A DNA stretch of 53,265 nt. Source: Cyanophora paradoxa CCMP329 (taxonomy: Eukaryota > Plantae > Glaucophyta). A program made the translations under genes and the position numbers. Shown piece after piece: positions 11,542 to 22,337 of the stretch (positions are counted from its first letter, which is position 1; each line of letters opens with the position of its first letter). Location of the stretch: the NCBI GenBank assembly GCA_004431415.1, contig QPMI01000051.1:1-53265 (forward strand), written 5' to 3'. The notes beneath the pieces are model-generated. The model was not told the DNA's origin and ran no database searches. It worked only from the letters and a program-made list of their open reading frames with translations.

Positions 11542-12474
11542 ATGAACCGGCTCGTTAATATTGATAGCAGGGATAGAAGCCAAGGACAAAATGAAAACTC
11601 TTACAGGGTCACCCTCACAACTCCAGTAGAGAGACCAAGGGAATGCAGGGTTCTATATGCAGAGATTCCAAACAGCATCTATAACAGTGTGGGAACTGAT
11701 CATCTAACAGTTCAGTTTAATTACCAAGATGGTTCATATAACCAAGTGATCACACAACAAGTGTATCCCCTTCCCAGTGGCTACATCAATCAGGGTCATT
11801 TTGGGGTAACACACCCTTATAATTATGGGCTGAACTATTCAAGCTTCCAAACCATTGCAGGCAAAACAGTAGCTTTTGAGTTCAAGATATTCTATAACCC
11901 AACTACCTATAAAGTGGAGTTTTACAGCAACCATGAGTTTCGTTTTATTGCAAGCAACCAGAGAATAGGGAAGCTTTTGGGTGTGAGTTCTACTGAATAC
12001 ACCAATGGGTATTATAGCACTCCTCCTGTTGGTGGATCACCCTATCGACCTGAGAACCTGTTAAAGTATGATGGCAAACCTATTACACCTGATCACCCAG
12101 CATGGGGAACCACCTTTTCAGGACCCAGACTCTCCTCAAAGCCCTTGCAGTATTATTTCACCAGTAATAAGATGTCTGATATGAATGCTGAGCAGTATCT
12201 GTACATGCATATTAAAGAGCTTGCCCCTTTTGCCAGCAGACACAATATAATTCCGAAATCGCAACCACATAACCAGGGGGCAATCCTTAGATTGCAATTG
12301 AGTAAGGATATAGGTGGCTATGTTTACCATAGTGGTGAACATGCAGAATTCATTCAGATAAATGACAGAAACCTGGTGATAAGGGAACTCACTGTGGAGT
12401 TTAAAGATTACTTTGGTGAACTGATTGATATGAATGGAATCGATAATTCTTTTCAGTTGGAGTTTATCGAATAA
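11542..12474 (+). CDS. Minor capsid (penton) protein 2
   Basis: Intact 310 aa. VNIDSRDR..YRVTL..AEIPNSIYN..YLYMHIKEL..IRELTVEFKDYFGELIDMNGIDNSFQLEF is the typical PLV/NCLDV penton pattern. Confidence 0.82.
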   Translation: MNRLVNIDSRDRSQGQNENSYRVTLTTPVERPRECRVLYAEIPNSIYNSVGTDHLTVQFNYQDGSYNQVITQQVYPLPSGYINQGHFGVTHPYNYGLNYSSFQTIAGKTVAFEFKIFYNPTTYKVEFYSNHEFRFIASNQRIGKLLGVSSTEYTNGYYSTPPVGGSPYRPENLLKYDGKPITPDHPAWGTTFSGPRLSSKPLQYYFTSNKMSDMNAEQYLYMHIKELAPFASRHNIIPKSQPHNQGAILRLQLSKDIGGYVYHSGEHAEFIQINDRNLVIRELTVEFKDYFGELIDMNGIDNSFQLEFIE

Positions 12475-14020
12475 AGGCACCTGTAAAGTCAACTCTCATT
12501 GTGGGAGCATTCACATACACAAGGGGATAAATGCGAATATATTTAATTCTGAGAGAAAAACCTATGTAAAAAGCATCCTTGATGCTGAGAGGGAACCCAC
12601 TCAATAGAGCCACATCACCAGAGTTGTGAGCATTGTTAATGTTCTCACAGACATATATTTTGTTTTGCCCATCTGATCGAATAAAAGACCAGTTGATCCC
12701 ATCAGTGGATGTTGCCACATTGAAAGTCTTAATAAAAGCATTGGTGTCCCCTGAGCCATAGGCAATCACAGAGGAGAGTTCAAAAGTGTATGGGAAAGCA
12801 ACTTGAAGGTATTCAGTGGGGGTTTCCCATATCTGCTCAGGAGCATAGGCTCCAGCTTCCCAGCCAAATGCTGAAGGTCTAGCCATGAAAGGCTCTTTAC
12901 CTGTCACAGAGGATGAGGCAGTGAAGGCATCATCTGCAAGCTGATACCAATTAGCATCCAAAGGTGGTGATGTAGTGAGAGTGGATGAAATGTAAGCCTT
13001 TGAAGGGTTCTTTAGTTCATAGTTTGCTACTAGTAGGCTGCAAAGCTTATTGATCATATCATTGTTTGCTGCAATGTAGGTTTCTGTGAAAGAAAGCATA
13101 TCTGGGATTTTAGAAGTGTCATCAAGGGAGCTAACTATATGGTTTGGAAGAGGGACCGATAGCCTATAGTATCTACCATAATCTTGATCATAGTTGTAGG
13201 GTAACAACTCCTCCATCTTATCAAGGGCAGAAAGCTCACTTGCAGCCATGAGCATGTTAATCAATGGGCTTCCATCTGTTGAGGCAATCCATGAGAGAAT
13301 TCCCCAGCTGTTCACAGTCTCATAAGCATAACCCACATAATCAGACTCTAAATGTGGGTCCACCTCACCACAAGAGATACTTATTACTATTATATCATCA
13401 TCATCACTGTAAATCTTCTTTGCATGGCTGTAACCACACACACTGGGATTATTGTTTCCCGAAATGGCACCATCAATGAGACAGACAAATACTCCCCGAT
13501 TGAAATCAACAATGCTTACAGGAGAGAAATATGTAGGAGCAGCAGAAGTAGCCCTAGCAGCAATCTTACAAGGCATAAAGTTGTAGTTGTTGTCATTTGT
13601 GATAAATATTGGTTTCATATTCTGAGTATCAAAGGATGTAATCACAATGTCCTTTAGGGAATCCTGTATTAGTGATTCACCAGTAACTGAATTAATTGCA
13701 GTCTCCAAGGGTCCCACATCATATTTTGTATTAAAAAGGGCATTTTCGATGATATTTCGAGGATTTGCGAAAATCAAGGGCAGTTGAGTTAGGTAAATAT
13801 TGTGTAAATCGTTTGCTGTCAGTTTAGGTTCACCTGGTTTATCAGGATGCCTGATATTCAAACCTATTGCAATGATCCCACCAGTGGAAGTTCCACTTAC
13901 AAGATCCACAAGATCGATTACTCTTCTGCCAGTTCGATTTTCGATTTCTTTTAGCAGCCTGGTTATGATAATGCCCCTTGCACCCCCGCCAGAAAGACTT
14001 AAAACGACCTTGAGAGGCAT
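12464..14020 (-). CDS. Patatin-like phospholipase with C-terminal discoidin (F5/8 type C) domain
   Basis: SGGGARG oxyanion loop, GTSTG nucleophile, ATSAAPTYF and DGA catalytic Asp. C-terminal EYLQV..FIKTFNVATSTDGINW..KYIRIYP..MRVDFTG matches F5/8C. Confidence 0.92.
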   Translation of the reverse strand: MPLKVVLSLSGGGARGIIITRLLKEIENRTGRRVIDLVDLVSGTSTGGIIAIGLNIRHPDKPGEPKLTANDLHNIYLTQLPLIFANPRNIIENALFNTKYDVGPLETAINSVTGESLIQDSLKDIVITSFDTQNMKPIFITNDNNYNFMPCKIAARATSAAPTYFSPVSIVDFNRGVFVCLIDGAISGNNNPSVCGYSHAKKIYSDDDDIIVISISCGEVDPHLESDYVGYAYETVNSWGILSWIASTDGSPLINMLMAASELSALDKMEELLPYNYDQDYGRYYRLSVPLPNHIVSSLDDTSKIPDMLSFTETYIAANNDMINKLCSLLVANYELKNPSKAYISSTLTTSPPLDANWYQLADDAFTASSSVTGKEPFMARPSAFGWEAGAYAPEQIWETPTEYLQVAFPYTFELSSVIAYGSGDTNAFIKTFNVATSTDGINWSFIRSDGQNKIYVCENINNAHNSGDVALLSGFPLSIKDAFYIGFSLRIKYIRIYPLVYVNAPTMRVDFTGAFIR

Positions 14021-14063
14021 CTTTTACTTATCAAGAATTTTATAAATCCATATAGTAAAAGCC

Positions 14064-17000
14064 ATGAGCTTCAATTACCCACCCAATCTAGAAACCATTC
14101 AAGATGATAATGCAAGCAGCACCAAGCATGTGAACTTTGATAATATTAAAGTAAAGGGTTCAGTTTCGATTGACCACAGCTCTGATAATTCATCAAAGAC
14201 TCAATCAAGGAGCATGCTTTATCTGTGAATCAAACCGATCCAGATAAAGAGGAGGTCAGTGTTGCTTTTAGTTTGGGTAATGTGAAAGCAAACCAAGTGG
14301 CAGAGATCAAAGCAACAAGAAGGAGACCTAGGAAACTAAAAACCAGTGGCACTCACCCAGATATACCTTCCAGGTTCGATAGTGGTCGATTGATTTTCAA
14401 TGTTCAAGATGAGCAGGGCAAACAGAACACAGCTTTGCGAATTTACAATGAGGGCAGCACTGCAAAAGCTGAGGTCCCCCAAGTATTGCAAGTGGGTCCC
14501 ATTGCCAACACAAATCAGGTCTCCTACACAAATGATGTCTACCCAAAGGATATTACATATGACTTTGCAAGGAATGAGCCTTTTGGGTTCTTTACTCCAA
14601 AAGATGTCCATCAAAAAAAGCCATCAATTACAATCAACAGTAGCCCCAGTCAACCAGTAGCAATCCATTTACATCCTGATTTAGTCGAAATGGATAGGCA
14701 CCTTTTGCCTTTGTATAGCAATGTGAAAGACCTTGGAATTCGAACCAGGCAATGGCGAAATATCCATGGCAGTAATGTGTATGCAAATGGTGAGAAGCTT
14801 GTAAGTGAGAAGACCATAAGAGAGATCTTTGAGTATTATGGACCTGTCCCAGTTCCCTTCCCTCTTCCATGGGATCCACCGGATTTAACACCAAAGAAGC
14901 AGCCTGGAAGAGAATACACAGCAACTGAAGATGTAGCCTTTGGGCAGCATATTGTTAGTTGGGAGCAAGTTCGCAATAAACCGATAATTGAACCCAGAAA
15001 GCAAATAGATGAGCAGTATTTACCTCCTGAAGTCGATATTTTAGAGCTTGATGAATATCAATTCGTTCCAGATGAGGAGGAGTATTTACCAGATGGTTTT
15101 GACCCACAAGAATATGAATATGATCAGTATGACCCCAATGAGGAGGAGATACTACCAGATGGCTTAGATCCTCAAGAGTATGAGTATGAGCAGAACTATG
15201 AACCTGATGAGGAGTATTTACCAGATGGTCATGATCCACCAGTTGTTGACTATGAGCAACCTTATGAACCCCATGAGGAATTATTACCAGATGGATTTCG
15301 ACCTGAGATCTGGGAGTTCTTTCCTGATTATGAACAAATTAATAATAAACCTGCAAAGTATCCCCCAGAGGATCACAATCATGATTGGGATGAGATCTTA
15401 GGCAAACCTCAAAAGTATCCACCAGAGGATCACAGGCATGATTGGGGTGAAATTGATGGGATACCTACTGAGTTCCCACCAAGCAAACATGAACATATTT
15501 GGGATGAGATCAATGACCAACCAGAATTTGCAAAGGTAGAGCCTCTTGATAACTTGGGGGTTTCTCTTTACCAGACTTGCAATGTCCCTGAAAGAATCTT
15601 TTTGAATGAACACTATGTACATGTGAATGGGACACTTGCGAATTCAGCTATGAGAGGACCACTTCATATTAGGACATTACCAGGCTCTTTTGAAACCCCA
15701 CCACCACCAGGAGCAACCATACCAAATATCTTTGTGTCAAGCTACATGGAGGCTGACATTCCCACAGATACATTCAGAGTCCCAACAGACCCAGCAACCT
15801 ACCAAAATTACAACTCTGCTATACAGGTTCATGTAGCAGATGTAAGCAGCTTAGATGGCTCAAGACCAATGATAGTATTCAGTCGAGATAAATATTCCTA
15901 CATTCCCATAGTGGGAACTGCAAATGATAACTATGGGAGGGCAGAGCTTGCATGGATTAAAACAAACTATGGTGGGGTTCTGGAAGCCAATCAGAGGATG
16001 GCTGCAAAGAATATTCACAATGAGACTATTTCGAGAGTGGTCACAGAGGATTACCTAACGGCTGTAATTCTCGTTAATTTCGTAACTCTTGCGATGCTTG
16101 GAAATTATGTAACAAAACCTGAACTTGCGGTGGAATTATCAAAATATCTCCCGCTTGTTGGTGGGACAATCACAGGAGATCTTACGGTTAATAGTAATAT
16201 TTACAGTAGCAACATAGAGACCAGCAACCTAAAAGTGAATGGAATTCTTACGGTTGGTTCATGTAATTTTAATACCATAAATCAACTTTACAGAGAATGG
16301 TATGATGTCCCAGCAAGCTTTGATCCAGCATTAAATATCTCAAATTGCATTTTTGCTTGGAAGGCATCAGGACAACCAGGTCAATCAGCAATGTTTACAA
16401 CTATAATAAGTAGAGTCCCAAATTCAGTTGTTCCAGACATGTTTATCTCCGGAGCCAGTTCCTATTACACCAATCCCGAAATCAACAACCAAATTAGTGT
16501 TTCAAACCCAACAGGCACTTTTTATGCATATACCTCTGCTGCAAGAACTATTGATTTCTCAAATGGGCTTACATTTTTCTTTGTGGGAAAATATCATCCA
16601 ACTACCTCTTCTATGCAAGTTCATTTGAGACTTTACAGAAGCGCCTCTCCATCACGATATTGTTATTATGGGGCAACATCTTCTACTGCTATTGGAATGA
16701 ACCAGTTTACTATTAATGGAGTATCCCAAACCCGCCCAGTTATTACGGTTCCTTCTTTAATAAATACATGGTATTACACTGACCAAACAATTACTCCCAA
16801 CAGCTACACAGTCGGGTTAAATGGAGTAGATATTCAAACACTTGTAGGAACGAATTATCTACCAGATAATACTGTCAATCATTTCGGATTTGGTAATATT
16901 GTGAATGGTGGTATTTCCGAGTTGATTGTTTTCAATAGGGCTTTGACAACTTCTGAAAAGAATGCTGTGAGGTATTACATTCAACAAAAATATGGATTCA

Positions 17001-20000
17001 CTCATACCCAGACTCTGAATATTTACAGAGGATTAAAAATAACCTCACCTGATACTGTAATAGATTACCTTACAGTTACAAGCAATGCAAATTTACCACA
17101 TCATCCAACCTCTAATGTGGTTCAAGGTTGGATTCAAAATCACACTCACACAAAAGCCCAGATTACAGATTTTGCCCATACTCACACAAAAGCCCAGATT
17201 ACAGATTTTGCCCATACTCACACAAAAGACCAAATAACAGATTTCGCCCATACTCACACAAAAGACCAAATAACAGATTTCGCCCATACTCACACAAAAG
17301 CGCAAATCACAGATTTTGCCCATACTCACACCAAAGATCAGATCACAGATTTCGCCCATACTCATTTATGGGAGCATATCACAAATCCTCCATTAACCTT
17401 CCCACCTGATTCACACACTCATGATTACTCAACAATAACCAATAGCAACCACAGACACCCTTGGAGCGAAATAGACGAAAAACCACGTTTTGCATCGACA
17501 GGTGATTTAGTAAATGGTGACGGATTTTATGGGGTCAGTTTCTACCAAAGTGATACCATCGCTGAAAGATTACAATTAAGTGAATACTATTTACACCGAA
17601 AAGGAATTGAAGCAGGCACCACAATGGAAGGAGAATTATACATTAAACAACCAACAAGAACAACATTAGTAGCAGCAGGTGGCGATGCATTAATAGACAC
17701 CAAACCGGGTATTTATCTTACAAGTTACTATAATGCGGATATCCCGTTAACAACAGGATTACCACCGCTACCATCTGATCCAGTGGGTTATAGTCATAAA
17801 GACGCCATTTTACAAGTAAACGTTACAGATGTAAGCGCAACTGATGGTTCACGTCCAAAAATTATATTTAGTCGCTCGAAATTCAATTACGTCCCACTTG
17901 TGGGACAACCATATGATGATCATGGTAAATGTGAGATGGCGTGGATTAAAACGACAACAGGTGGCGCCTTAGAAGTTAATCAGAGAATGGCGGCGAAAAA
18001 CTTACACAATGAGACCCTTTCAGGTGTTGTAACAGATGATTACATGCAAAGCAAAAATATGTAGATGATACACATACTCACACCAAAGATCAAATCACAG
18101 ATTTTGCCCATACTCACACCAAAGATCAGATCACAGATTTCGCCATTCTCATTTATGGGAGCATATCACAAATCCTCCATTAACCTTTCCTCCGGATTCA
18201 CACACTCACGATTACTTGCCTCTCACAGGAGGAACAATTTCATCAAATCTTACGATTTCATCCAATTTGAATGTTTTAGGAAAAATTCAAATTGGAGACA
18301 AAAATACAAACATTGATGTATACTATGATGCACCCTATTATCCTGTTACTTCTAATACAGACCCTGCTTCTACCATACCAAATTGCCTCTTAACAATAAG
18401 ATTAGATGGTGTCCCTGTTGGAATAAACATCAGTCATGCCTTCATTGCAAATAGAGCAACTTTGGCGAGTCCCTTTATTTCCGGAGTTACCTTTCCATGG
18501 TGTGGATTCAACACAATAACTCAATTGAGATCTGATTACAATAACCGAAACATTGCACAACAACCTACTTATTCATATACAAGCCGGGAATTTGGGATGC
18601 CGTATCCCGTAACTGTGGATTGGTCAAAAGGTATCACCATCTTCTTTGCAGGTTCTTATAGATTTTGGGGACCGTGGGTAGATCTCTTAAATTTTAGTTC
18701 ACCAGATGGAACTAATAAAGTATCCTTTGGGACAACAGGTAGCAGTATGGGTATACATTCTTATACAAGCAATGGTGTGACTTACCCAGCAGCACACTTA
18801 AATTATCCCACATCGTATTCTGAGTTGTCGCCGAATCATTGGGACTTTACAGTTTCTTCAAATGTCTGCACTTTCGGATTTAACGGACAAGATTTAGGCA
18901 CAGTCATTACAGAAGTGGATTATCTTCCACCTTCCACTTTTAGTAGGATGGGTGTTGCCTATTTCATTACGGCAGTAGGGGAATATATTATATTCAACAG
19001 AGCATTGACATTTGATGAAAGGCAAAAAGTGAGATATTATATGCAAGATTATTTTGGCTTTCCAAAAAAGCAAACAATCGTTATTCCTGATAATCTACGC
19101 ATTTCTGCTGAAAATGTTCATATTAGAAATTTAATCGTTTCTTCAAATGCAAGCATTCCAAACTATACCACATCAAATGTGGTTCAAGGTTGGATACAGA
19201 ACCACACACCTGCGTGGTCAAATATCACAGACAAACCATTAACATTTGCTCCTGATACTCACACTCACACAAAGTCTCAAATCACAGATTTTGACCATAC
19301 TCACACAAAAGCGCAAATAACAGATTTTGACCATAAACATGTTAAAGCAGATATTACAGATTTTGACCATACTCACACAAAAGCGCAAATAACAGATTTC
19401 GCACACAAACATGTCAAAGCAGATATTACAGATTTTGACCATGAACATACAAAAGATCAAATAACAGATTTCGCACATAGGCACGATTGGGACGAAATAG
19501 ATGAAAAACCACGTTTTGCATCGACAGGTGATATTGTTAATGGTGACGGATTTTATGGGGTGAGTTTCTATCAGAGTGACACCATCGCTGAAAGATTACA
19601 ATTAAGTGATTTCTATTTACACCGAAAGGGAATTGAAGCAGGCACCACAATGGAAGGAGAATTATACATTAAACAACCAACAAGAACAACATTAGTAGCA
19701 GCAGGTGGTGATACATTGATTGATACCAAACCGGGTATTTATCTTACAAGTTACTATAATGCGGATATCCCAGTTACAGGAGGATTACCACCGCTACCAT
19801 CTGATCCAGCAACTTATGATGACAAAGATGCCATTTTGCAAGTGAATGTAACAGATGTAAGCGCTACTGATGGTTCACGTCCAAAAATTATATTTAGTCG
19901 CTCCAAATTCAATTATGCAACTCTTGCGGGACAGCCAAAAGATGATTTCGGGAAATGTGAGATGGCGTGGATTAAAACATTAGCAGGTGGCGCCTTAGAA

Positions 20001-21410
20001 GTTAATCAGAGAATGGCGGCGAAAAACTTACACAATGAGACCCTTTCGGGTGTAGTCACAGATGATTATTTGCAAAGTAAAAACTATGTGGATGAAACAG
20101 AATTGGGAGTCGCACTTCAAACTCACAATCATTTATGGGAGGATATTACAGATAAACCTTTAACATTTCCACCATCCCTACATACACATTTATGGAGCCA
20201 TATTACGGATAGACCCACCTTAGCAACAGTTGCAACAACAGGGAATTATGATGATCTTATAAATAAACCAACATACACATCTCCCATTAACTTTGATGCC
20301 ACAAATGGTCTTTCCACAGATCGCACAGGTGATTGGAGATTTTTTACATTCATATCTCCTTACTCAGGAGCAAACACATGGGCTTCTGGTGATGAAGATT
20401 GTAGTAGCTACAAGATGTTATGGACTGTCCCCGCGGGAATGAAAACATGCTATATCTTCTACATGTGTCAATATAATAGCAGATACTTCGATGTTGTGGG
20501 AGTTTATCCATCAACGAATTCTTATACACTTTCGAGAGTAAATGCTTATTCTCCTGGTATTGACCCAAGTGTAGAGTATAGGCAATATGTCGGAGTGAAT
20601 TGTGAAGGGCTGAGTAAAGTGGGTGTTCAAGGGCGAATAGGAAGGATTTACCTTGTGGGTCTTGTAGGTTGGAGCAAGAACCCTGCTGTATCTTCACATA
20701 GTGGATACATGCATTGGGATAATATTTATGGGAAACCAACAGCTTCAACATCAGTTGGACCTCATTCCCACACTAAATCAGAAATCACAGATTTTGCACA
20801 TACCCATACAAGAGCGCAAATAACAGATTTCGCCCATACTCATACCAAATCGGAAATCACGGATTTCCCAAGTTTAGACCCGTTCACAGCCAATACGATC
20901 ACAGCAAATAATACCATGTATGTAGGATCGGGTTCAATAGTAACGCCCGCATCACCAACAAATGAGGAGACTTGGTTCTTCCACAATTCCACAAACTTTT
21001 ATGATAAAACCCTACTGTGTCGCGGAAATGCTTATGCGAGAGCATTTTATGCAATGAATGCGGGAACAACCAACACAATTAGCCAACTTCCAACATGGTA
21101 TGATATAGAAAGACGTTTCAAATCAGGAAAATACGAAGCTACAAGTGGTGTGATAAGCGCGGGTCAAACAACACAGCATGCATATGTTTTACATTGGAAT
21201 CCTGCTTTTTACACACAAACACCTGTTGTAAATGCCACACTTCAAGGAACTCCTGCAACAAACCCAGGGGATATAGATTTTAGAATTGGAATCTCAAACT
21301 CCACATCTAACTATACAACAATTTATGTGACATTCATAGCATCCCCTACTCTATCTTCAAGCCGAAGTATCACTTGCACAATCCATTGGACAGCATATGG
21401 AATCCCATAA
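14064..21410 (+). CDS. Giant modular fibre/adhesin-like protein (~2,450 aa if ORFs 14225-18064 and 18216-21410 plus a 14064 leader are joined)
   Basis: HTHTKxQITDF(A/D) and HxHxW repeats (phage-tail-repeat-like); three copies of a ~200-aa module; two LamG/ConA-like domains ending ELIVFNRALT..RYY; C-terminal F..TPVV..HWTAYG tail-fibre-tip-like domain. Comparing repeat copies shows single-base losses at ~18057 and ~18143. Confidence 0.8.
15045..15530 (+). repeat. Coding tandem repeats: 4x ~22-aa acidic (E..LPDG.DP..Y.Y) then 3x ~20-aa (KYPPEDH.HDW.EI)
   Basis: Directly visible in translation and DNA (TACCAGATGG recurs about every 66 nt). Confidence 0.85.
17140..17365 (+). repeat. 33-bp coding tandem repeat (HTHTKxQITDFA) x6; further arrays at ~18070-18145, ~19260-19480 and ~20760-20870
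   Basis: CATACTCACACAAAAG..CA.AT.ACAGATTT.GCC repeated with 33-nt period. Confidence 0.95.
17461..20093 (+). repeat. ~600-bp direct repeat pair (17461-18066 and 19487-20093), with a diverged third copy at ~15500-16055
   Basis: Both copies encode EKPRFASTGD..GFYGVSFYQSDTIAERLQLS..NQRMAAKNLHNETLSGVVTDDY. Many differences are synonymous. Confidence 0.95.
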
Positions 21411-21459
21411 TAAATGCATATTTCGCATTATTTTTCTTTCCTTCTTAGTAAAAGAAGCA

Positions 21460-22314
21460 ATGGGTGAATACAATCGAGTTCAACTGCCCATTTATTCGCT
21501 TGGATCGCCAGCTATGCACTTTCGACAACATGAAGTTAATGATGAAGTCCGCGGTTTAGAATCCACAGAGAGACCCAATTCTAATGGTAACTCCTTTGAT
21601 AAAAACTCGATAATTCGTGTAAAAGAACTCCGAGCCGATAAGAATTCGGGTGTAGTTAAAACCACACGACTACTTGTAACAAATGCTAACTTCTTTCAAC
21701 CGACAAATGGAGGTCCTGATGCATACAGTGTAGATTTAAAAGCCCTCGATTTCGATAAGAATACTGCTGCTGTTACTGTGAGATCAGGAGGAGCATTTAT
21801 TGGTGGAGGTTGCAGAGTTTCAGGTCAGCTATCTTCATCTGTTTCCTACAATGATGTCCCAGATACTCTCGAACAAAATGTGGAGAACCCACAACGAATT
21901 CGTTTCTACACACCTGTTGCACAGCAACCTTTTTTGCATTTCTATGTTGCATCCTCTGTAACTCTTGAGAATTCGGAATTAGTTTCCATTACAGGAACTG
22001 ATCGAGTAAGAAGAAATATTCCTCTTCCCACTGCAATGCTTTCCATGTGTAGAGCCAATAATAATCAACCAGGTCACAACTACTTATTCTTTGTTCAAGC
22101 TTCGAACCATTTTGGCAGAGGATATTGTGTTTATAACAATTTGACATTTACCTATGATCTGTTTGTCACTGAGGTTGGAGTATACAATACTATGATTATG
22201 GGACTGAGAACAGATATAGCAGCTGTATCAGCACTTCGTGGGGTAAATGTTGCTGATATATTCACAACAGGATTTTACCAAGAATTAGATGTAATTGATG
22301 ACCCAACCCCATAA
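21460..22314 (+). CDS. Putative virion/fibre-associated protein, paralog 1
   Basis: Intact ORF; likely start MGEYN at 21460 after TAGTAAAAG. Shares ELR.DKN.G.VKTT.LLVTNANF and SGGA.IG.G.RV.G with the next gene. Confidence 0.65.
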   Translation: MGEYNRVQLPIYSLGSPAMHFRQHEVNDEVRGLESTERPNSNGNSFDKNSIIRVKELRADKNSGVVKTTRLLVTNANFFQPTNGGPDAYSVDLKALDFDKNTAAVTVRSGGAFIGGGCRVSGQLSSSVSYNDVPDTLEQNVENPQRIRFYTPVAQQPFLHFYVASSVTLENSELVSITGTDRVRRNIPLPTAMLSMCRANNNQPGHNYLFFVQASNHFGRGYCVYNNLTFTYDLFVTEVGVYNTMIMGLRTDIAAVSALRGVNVADIFTTGFYQELDVIDDPTP

Positions 22315-22337
22315 AAGATATATCCCTTTAATGTAAA

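Noticed and set aside
17140-17365. CRISPR array (33-bp periodicity)
   Set aside because: Contiguous coding repeats with no unique spacers; no cas genes.
18040-18220. Programmed ribosomal frameshift in the fibre gene
   Set aside because: Two separate single-base losses relative to sister repeats are needed; sequencing indels or mutation are simpler.
17461-20093. Diversity-generating retroelement TR/VR pair
   Set aside because: Differences between the 600-bp copies are not adenine-specific and are largely synonymous, both copies are in-frame coding, and no reverse transcriptase is present.
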